A DNA stretch of 41,827 bases from Octopus bimaculoides (lineage: Eukaryota): NCBI RefSeq assembly GCF_001194135.2, contig NC_068985.1:53849014-53890840 (forward strand), written 5' to 3'. The position numbers were made by a program, and so were the translations under genes. Positions within the stretch are counted from its first letter, which is position 1, and each line of letters begins with the position of its first letter. Below the pieces are notes generated by a model. The model was given only the letters and a program-made list of their open reading frames with translations. It did no database searches and was not told the DNA's origin. This document shows, one piece after another, positions 33,821 to 41,827 of this stretch.

Positions 33821-34484
33821 TCTCTTGAAGCTAGGGTGGCAGGAGCTATCTCCCGCTTGCAATAAATATCGAGTGCGAGAAGCGCACTGAATAAACCAGC
33901 TGGAGGAGATGTCTTCCTGGGGTTAAATGGCAGTAATGTTGTCTCTTAGAGGACAGCCAGATTAAAATGGCCATAAGCAATACTTTTTGGTTTATATACT
34001 ACTTCTGTCTCGAATAGAGATTGTCTAACGGACTAGTTTCCTATTAAGAACTGTCTTAAAATGTCTTTAAAAAACTATCTTAAAATATTGTTAAAATATT
34101 CTGTGTATTGCAGAAGGATAACTAATTTATTGAGCATAAACTTTAATAGCAAAATCTCATATGGACCCCTACTTCAGTTGAGAACCCCTAAAATAGACGC
34201 TCGACAACTGCTCGGAGCGGAGATAGTTTCAGGTTCAATGGTAGATGAAGCTTAGATTTTTTTTACGCTGATTCGGCTGTATTACAAAATATAAACTAGA
34301 GCTGTCTCTCTAGGTTTAGTCGACTGACGGTGGTTTGTGTTGGATGTATTATGTAGATGGATTAATGAATAGCATTTTTGTCAAAATTCTTCAACGGATT
34401 ATCAGGGAGTTACTATAGTAAATCTAATTAGTAGACTCAATATTGAGAACTAAGTCAAAACTCCGCCAAATTCTGGTGACTAAT

Positions 34485-35001
34485 TTATCTTTTACTTGTT
34501 TCAGTCATTAGACTACTGCCATGAGGCTACAGCCTTGAAGGGTTTTCATCAAACGAATCATTCCCAGTACCAATTTTTTCTCTCAGCCTGATACTTAATT
34601 TATCAGTCTCTTAGGCCGAACCGCTAAGTTAAGGAGACGTAAGCAAACCAACACGAGTACTCAAGCGATAGTAGCGGACAAATACAAAGACAAACACACT
34701 CACACACACACACTCACACGCACGCATACACACGTATGCACACACACACACACACACACATACACACACACACATATATATNNNNNNNNNNNNNNNNNNN
34801 NNNNNNNNNNNNNATATATATATATATATATATACGGGGGGAAGGGTCTTTCAGTTTCCGCCTACGAAATTCACTCACAAAGCATTGGTCGGCCCTGTGG
34901 CTAGAATAGCAGACACTTACCCAAGGTGCCGCGCACTGAGACTGAACTGGAGCCATGTGGTTGGGAAGTAAACTTCTCACTTCACAGCCATACCTGCGCA
35001 T
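34485..35001 (-). mobile_element. Full-length SINE family 2 with an expanded internal CA/TA tract and small gap 34782-34813
   Basis: It is collinear with 8020-8422. Confidence 0.85.
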
Positions 35002-35499
35002 TTCGTAGAATTTAGGGTGGGGGATAACTTTTTGTAAATTATGCTTGAGTTGTGAATTCTCTCAAGAAGTTGAATATGGAAGAATATCTTCAAATAGAAG
35101 AATATCTCTAGAATATTGGATACTTTGTTGCAAGATCGACTTTGGACCAACAGCATTCATTGCTTACAATTGCAATTACTTGTCACCTCGAACACCCATA
35201 TACCGTTATATTCGCTTTAAGTTCAGTTCTGAAAACTGCTACATACTATAAATGGTGAAAAAATTCCGTCATACATTTATATATATGTCACTCTGTCACT
35301 GACATAATTTCGCTAGATTTATTGCAAGTCAGGTATTGGTCAGCCAGTTCTGGTAGACCGTGGGGGAGATTTATTTATTGGAAATGGCCGACAGCTGGTT
35401 TTGAATAGACACAATGGAATTATATCAGTGAACAGGTCGTAGATGAATGATGAAATATTTTCAACACTATAGTTTATAATGGCTCCTGATTTTGTCACA

Positions 35500-35683
35500 G
35501 GGAAAACAGTTTTGAGAGGAATTGGGTTAATTGATATATCGACCCCAGTACTTGGTTCTTCAAAATTTTCAAGCCTAAAAGGATTAAGAGCTAAGCTGAC
35601 CTCAGCGGAATTTCCTGGAACGGAAGACATACCCGTAAGGGATTTTTTCCCGATGCTCTAACGATTCTGCCAGCACGTTACCT
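35500..35683 (-). mobile_element. Old SINE family 1 copy
   Basis: It contains ATCGACCCCAGTACT and GCTGACCTCAGCGGAATTT and ends AACGATTCTGCCAGCACG. Confidence 0.72.
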
Positions 35684-35707
35684 TCCAACCAGCTCCACAA
35701 AATAAAA

Positions 35708-35845
35708 TATATACATATACATATGTGTGTGCGCGTGCGTGTGTGTGTGTGTGTACATGAGTGTGTGTGTGCATGAGTGTATGTGTACTTGAGTGTGCAT
35801 GTATATATGTGTGTGTGTGTGCATGTGTGTGTGTACGTGTGTGTT
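35708..35845. repeat. (GT)n-rich microsatellite
   Basis: Read directly from the sequence. Confidence 0.93.
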
Positions 35846-36429
35846 TAAATAACTGTCATGATTCTACATTGATGCATTTGTTTCAGCTTTAACACGCTCT
35901 CAAACGCCTCCTAATTACAGTTACGTGGTTTTTGCCGTTTTAATAAACTGTTTGATTGTTTTTAATCGGCAAAGAGTTGAATTTCAACTCTCATTGTTGA
36001 GATATAAACAAGTTTGTACAAGAGTAGAAACTATCTTCTTCAATCGGTGTTCACTTTTTGGACATGTTGTGCGTTGAATGTCGCGATATCCAAGATAGAC
36101 GAATGCAATAAAAAAGTACTGGTCATTATGAGGCAGCAAAAAGCTAAACAAATAAGTTAAGTTTCGTGTTTTAGGCATTTAAAGTTTTTTTTTTTTATCT
36201 CCATTGAAATAACGTCTGTTAAGTGCAAATATGTTAGACAGAAACACGCCTGCTTCACATAAAGTCGTGTGTTTCGAACTGTTAGAAGTACATATGCCTT
36301 GAACCAAAGAATGTTTGAACAATGTTTACCAACATTACAGTCAGTGAAAATAAATACTAGGGAAATTTTAAAAAAAAGCTCACATTGGTATTATAGAATT
36401 TGTTTTGATGTCAATGAATTTTTTTTTTC

Positions 36430-36645
36430 CGATAAGATAGAAAAATAATACGGCAGCCATTTTGAAAAGTTGTAGACAGTTGAAGGTGGGGAGTTGAATG
36501 TCAGGAAATGGCGTGGGAGTGGCGTGGGTTATCGTTCAGTCCCAACAAAACTTCCAGCTTTTCGTCATATCTACGACAGCCGGCGACAACGACAGACCTT
36601 TTTTCTCCCCGTCACACAAATCCTCCTCAACTCAAGTAAGTATTC
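36430..36645 (+). promoter_or_regulatory. Candidate Pol II promoter and first exon (YY1, KLF/Sp boxes, Inr, 5' splice site)
   Basis: This is TE-free unique sequence with YY1-like CAAAATGGCTGCCG (- strand, 36451-36464) and AAATGGCG (+, 36506-36513). It has GGCGTGG twice (36510-36527), TCAGTC at 36536 and donor CAA|GTAAGT at 36636. Confidence 0.5.
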
Positions 36646-37214
36646 GTTATATGTTTTCGTTGTTGCTTTATAGAATTTGCTTGACTGTTTCAAACAATAG
36701 GTTAGGTGACATAAGAATTGAATACAAAATAAGAAGAAAAAATAGTTGACATTTTATTTGAAAATAAGTTAGCGTCTACTGAATATTTTCACTGCTTCTG
36801 TATGATGGTGGTGGTGGTGGTGGCGGCGGCAGCGGTGATGGTGGTAAATTGAAACTCTAGTCAAAATGAAGTGGAATAGGAAATTTGTAATCGTTTGTTT
36901 CTATGTCAACTGTTTTATAAATATTTCTCCTTCAATTCATAAAGCTTACTTCGGTTGCCTAGGATTGGATTTCTAGCTAGACTAGTCAATCCTATTCTTT
37001 GGAATTCCTGTTTATATGTGTCTTTTCTGTTTTCATTTTTCTTTCTTTTTTTTTTTTTCTAGTTCTTTGTTTCACTTCCTAATTTTTGTATTAGTAATGT
37101 TTCAAACTTAAGAAATTTAACAAGGTTACATAGTTGTCGAGATTTTCTAGTTAAGAAAGGAAAGTTATTTTATTTTAATTACAATGCTTGTGATTTTCAA
37201 TCTATCTTTCACTA

Positions 37215-37634
37215 TGTATGTATGCATGTATGTATGTATGTATGTATGTATGTATAGTTTAGTTTTACAAACGTGAAAAAGGGAGGACTCAATATGCTAT
37301 GCAGAGTGAGTGTGTGTGATGTATTTAAAGCTGAAAATGCCTAAGTTACTCGGGCGGCTTCAAGTTTTCAAAACGGTCACTCTGACCGGCCATGACAATC
37401 AACTTCCTAGAATACATGTATGTGTATATATATATATATATAAATATATATATATACGCACACACAAACATACATACATACATACATACATACATACATT
37501 CATGCATACATACATACATACATACATACATACATACATACGTACGTACGTACACATGCATACAGGCATAATGTTCTCGTCTCACCGTTTACTTTATAAA
37601 CTAAATCAAATCTAAAAATATCTGCGTAATGTAC

Positions 37635-37693
<59 letters not shown>

Positions 37694-37775
37694 GTGTCAG
37701 TGTGTATCTGTGTGTGTATCTGTGTGTGTATCTGTGTGTGTCTCTGTGTGTCTCTGTGTGTATGTGTGGGGGGGT
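37215..37775. repeat. (TATG)n, (TA)n, (CATA)n and (TG)n microsatellites
   Basis: Read directly from the sequence. Confidence 0.93.
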
Positions 37776-38383
37776 GCGCGTGTGTCCGTAGACGTGTTTT
37801 GATATACAGGTTTCCATGAGGTAAACTCGATTGTAAACAAACCTTTTCACGTATTCACTCTCAATGTCGTTCACTTTATATATAAAGGAATTGACTGGAG
37901 TCTAGAGTCTGGGATATCATTCTTTAACACCTATAACACTTTAGTAGATTTATATTATATTTTTTACAATGTGTCTCGAAATAAAGAAAGAAAACAACCG
38001 ATACAAAAACTAGGCATGTTTTTTTCTTTTTTTAACCCTGCATGACAAATACATTTATGTGTGTACATTTAGTCGTAGAGGTAGCTGTTTGACTTGTAAA
38101 ACAGGGTTTGAACTAAACAGTCTGTGCAAACTATCAAATCTTTGTTTTGAAATATTAAAACTCTCTTTCGGCACAGTGCAATCGATGTGACATTTACAAA
38201 GAGAATGAATCATACAAAAATATTTTATTTATTTATTTACTTGCTCATTTTCCCATAAACATTAAAAGTAAGTTTCTCTCAGAACAACTTTCTTAAAGCA
38301 ACATTATTATTATTATTATTTTTTGACTTAGACGAGACAATTTGTTGACATTACTGTCTGTCCTTTGATGTATATATTAAACT

Positions 38384-38384
38384 A

Positions 38385-38431
<47 letters not shown>

Positions 38432-38500
38432 ATTTTGGTTCATGGCCAGCAGTTTCGGGGTTCGGGGTGGAGCGAGTAAGTCGATTACATCGACCCCAGT
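38384..38500 (-). mobile_element. (AGT)n tract plus a SINE family 1 3' fragment truncated at CCCCAGT
   Basis: TTTTGGTTCATGGCCAGCAGTTTCGGGG...AGTCGATTACATCGACCCCAGT. Confidence 0.7.
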
Positions 38501-39909
38501 TGATTTTTCAAGAAAATGAAGACGTGAGTGTGACCAGGGACTTTTAAGTATTTTGTTGTTTAGAAATTCCTATATTTGAATTTTAGAGAACTTTGGTATT
38601 CTATTCCTTTGAGTAACAACAAAATTGTTTTTGTTGTATAACCCCAGGCAAGCCCTTATCAAGTAGTCCCATGGCACACAGTTGTTAGACTACACGAAAC
38701 CCACAGATTCGTTTTTGCAGTTATAACACACTTCCTCCTAATTAACGATCATACTGCACAGTTCGACATTCAATCAAGGAATCGTTGTTACTGCTTCTAA
38801 AATGATTTCTGGCATTGGTATAATGCTACATATTTTATGAAAAGGGGATAAGTTTAGTCCATTATACCGATTCAGGTCCTTCACTGGTAAAACAAAAGCC
38901 TAACTAAATGCGTTGTTCCTTCCGTTTTCAGTGCATTTTCCTCCTGAACACCAGATTTCCGTTTGTGTCTCTATTGATGTACTTCATTGAATATTTTGTA
39001 TATTTAGTATGTATAGTTGAGTGAGAAGACCAGGCATAAGAGTGAGCTGTATTAAGTAATGCTTTCTAATTTCGGCACAAGGTCAGCAATTTTCTTGATA
39101 AATGTGTAAATAAACAGATCAATGAATCTTGTGGTTTAAGTTGTTTTAGTCATTGACCATGTTCCCGTTACTAGTGAGACACTTTCTGCATACGCTACCT
39201 TAGTCCCGGTGCTGTGAGAGGTCACAGCTCCGGCACTACGGATATGTGATTACAATGTCACAAGAAAGAATCACAAGACTGATTCTTGAAGCCAAACTGA
39301 CCGGTTGGAAACCTAGGGGTAAATCAATAACCAGATGATTGGATATTATCCATAATCTCAGTTTGTCGCTCTTGGAAATCCAGCCGGAAAACCTAAGGAC
39401 GGTTGCTTCTTATAGACCCCTATGAAGAAGGTACAAGAAGCCTCTACCCACCACGACCTTTCCAGGAGTAGTGGGCAGAGAAGATGGATGGATGGATGGA
39501 TGGATGGGTGGATGGTCGAAAGAGAATGTTGACCGGACAGAGTGCAGAGAGTCGAAATAAATATCCCACTGGTCTGAAAGTTGAAATAGAAGTCTTTCTA
39601 ATCGCTGCGTTACGTACTTGTCAAAGTATAACCGAGTAAATGCAGTATGATCGTTATTTAGGAGGAAATGTGTTATTACTGCAAAAACGAATCTGTGGTT
39701 TTCGCGTAGTCTTTCGGCCTAACAACTATGTGCCATGGGACTACTTGATAAAGGCTTGTCTGGGGTTATACAACAAAAACAATTTTGTTGTTACTCAAAG
39801 GAACAGAATGCCAAAGTTCTCTAAAATTCAGATATAGGAATTTCTAAACAACAAAATACTTAAAGTCCCTGGCCACACTCACGTCTTCATCTTCTTGAAA
39901 AATCAACTG
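38497..39909. repeat. Long inverted repeat: arms 38497-38758 and 39641-39909, ~880-bp spacer
   Basis: Manual alignment shows about 13 substitutions and 2 indels over ~262 bp. The outer end reads CAGTTGATTTTTCAAG, and the right arm is followed by TA. Confidence 0.93.
39190..39515 (+). mobile_element. RTE-like LINE 3' end with a (GGAT)n tail
   Basis: Translation gives QLRHYGYVITMSQERITRLILEAKLTGWKPRGKSITR*LD, followed by (GATG)n at about 39482-39514. Confidence 0.78.
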
Positions 39910-40459
39910 TAAGATGCTTCCATCAACAGATTCAATGTAAAATTGAAGAGAAACACCATAGATATCATGATATTACTATATTACTCTGATAAAAGTGACC
40001 AATACTTTAATGAATGCCTATGTGGGTGACTGATAACCCATCACTTACAATCTTGTAAATAGCTTACATTATGGCATCTCTCAATTGCCTATTTCCAAGA
40101 ACAATTCCAGTTTGGAGCATATTATTTTAAAGAAATATCAGTGCCGCCTGATATTTCACCAAAGTTGTTTTGTCGCTGATAACCGGCGACCTTTTGTGTA
40201 TTTATGTAAATTAAGATGTTATTTCCCGTCGTCATATCTAAACGTATTCCAACAATCTGCAGCTTGCAGACGCCCCAAATGACATGCGGCAGTATTTTAT
40301 ATTTCTCTCCATTTAAATACTGCTCTTGCTATTTTCTTGACAGAATGTCAGACTGACAATAACACCCGGCGCTATAGACTGTTTCAGCTTTTAAACACCA
40401 CCAGGCACCTTTGCATTGATGCAAACAGGCGTTATACTAACATCAGCAATAGTACCAGG

Positions 40460-40472
40460 AGTAGTAGTAGTA

Positions 40473-40545
<73 letters not shown>

Positions 40546-40610
40546 CTGATGACAATGACCATTAATACGATGACGACGACGACGATGGTAATGATGATGA
40601 TGATGATGAT
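40460..40610. repeat. (AGT)n and (GAT/GAC)n microsatellites
   Basis: Read directly from the sequence. Confidence 0.95.
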
Positions 40611-41027
40611 CACTGGGCTAGACATATCTAAAAAAGATACCAAAGTTATGTATAAAACAGAATGTCAGAAAGATGTAATAAAAAGCTACTTCATGTCGTC
40701 GGCACAAGAATTTATTTTTTTAAAGAATGGCTGACACAACAATATTTAGTATGTGGAGCCATAGATCAATTTTCCATTGGATTTAAAAGGATTCAACGAG
40801 ATCAAAATTCATCTAAGGGGCAACAATTTTAACGTGTTGCCTTCTACAGGACAATTAATTCCATGTTGGTTCTTAGTGTTGACAAAATTCCAATGCCAGA
40901 CTTCTTCAATTAAGTCATCACACAACTAAATGTGATTAAAGAAAGATAACTCAGATAACAAATAAGCCATATGAATCTGTTTCATCATATCCTTTAACAT
41001 CATCATGATTATAATTATTATTATTAT

Positions 41028-41580
41028 GGATTGAAGGAGAAGCACATGTCATCAAAGTGATGCAGTGGTACAAATATATGAAGTCCAGTATACTCATCAT
41101 GACTACCCGTCGATAAAGGTACACCAGGCACATGCATCACAACCATATGCGTATGACATGGTGACTTCATATCAAGATAAACAGCGCATGACTTTGTAGA
41201 TGGATTACAGTTAAAAGATTCTTCTGGTCCAGTTGCACATCCCACTCAAAAGGTCCCTGAATAAGTGTTATTTAAGGATGAATGCAACACTCATATTTCC
41301 AGATGTGAATTATTGAAATCACAAAGCATTCCTCTCAACACTGGTTATGATGCTCCCCCACTATTCCTGCTCGTGATCGGAGATGCACATATCGTCAGTC
41401 ACTAAGGGACATGCTCAAGTGGTTAAAGCTAATTAAATGACAAACAAATCTGTGGTATCGAGCAGAATATTTGCTGTAGCCCATCTTTTATACCAAGACA
41501 AAACAATGTACATGATAACACTTCCAATCAATTAAGATGAGAAGCCATGAGAGCCACTGCCTGGTACTGCATCCGGGCAT
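41028..41580 (-). mobile_element. Full-length element X (~550 bp, non-coding), with (TAA)n at both ends
   Basis: It is homologous to 5821-6286, 9170-9325 and 29145-29357, and is flanked by ATT repeats at about 41010-41027 and 41581-41603. Confidence 0.85.
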
Positions 41581-41603
41581 TTATTATTATTATTATTATT
41601 ATT

Positions 41604-41827
41604 GTTCAGTAGTTTTATTTTTATAACGTGCTTTCACTTCACTACCGAGTGCAGCTCTGTGTGCCTTGGGTATGTGCTGTGGTTTGCTGTGGTGCTCTTA
41701 TGTTTACTGTATTGAAAGTGTTTTGCGTAGAATGTGTGCAGTACCCAGTAGTGCAATTTTCTGTATGTTGTATATATTTGTAAGTCCTGGTGTTTTTGTT
41801 ATGTATTTGTCTGAATATTTTTTTATT
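41604..41827 (-). mobile_element. R4/Dong-like family A 3' end, running off the window end
   Basis: Translation gives KKYSDKYITKTPGLTNIYNIQKIALLGTAHILRKTLSIQ*, with the same 3' UTR as 31783-31986. Confidence 0.92.

Noticed and set aside
35984-36178. Minus-strand ORF that would be phase-compatible as exon 2 of the 36460 ATG exon
   Set aside because: Phase compatibility has a 1-in-3 chance, the protein is unrecognisable and there is no convincing donor.
40610-40900. GLDISKKDTKVM...QEFIFL, resembling an RTE RT segment
   Set aside because: It is too short and degenerate to annotate confidently.

Overview
This is a repeat-saturated, AT-rich animal genomic window with nine assembly gaps (about 4.1 kb of N). 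The SINE families, abundant Dong/R4-like and RTE LINEs and very long microsatellites suggest a coleoid cephalopod, probably Octopus; this is inferred from repeat recognition. No host protein-coding gene can be supported, and nearly all long ORFs are microsatellite or gap artefacts or decayed TE fragments. The window contains at least ten fragments of RLE-type (R4/Dong-like) non-LTR retrotransposons from several families, most bounded by (TAA)n. It also has RTE LINE fragments, an Hsmar1-like mariner, a Chapaev3 element nested in a Tc1/mariner-type MITE and carrying a SINE, a 1.6-kb Helitron, and many tRNA-derived SINEs. The most interesting non-routine signals are: an intact minimal type I hammerhead ribozyme at 33777-33820 plus two variant hammerheads (Penelope/retrozyme-like), a ~265-bp near-perfect inverted repeat pair at 38497-39909, a likely YY1/KLF/Inr promoter with first exon(s) near 36.4-36.65 kb, and a ~550-bp non-coding element embedded in (TAA)n next to Dong-like LINE ends.
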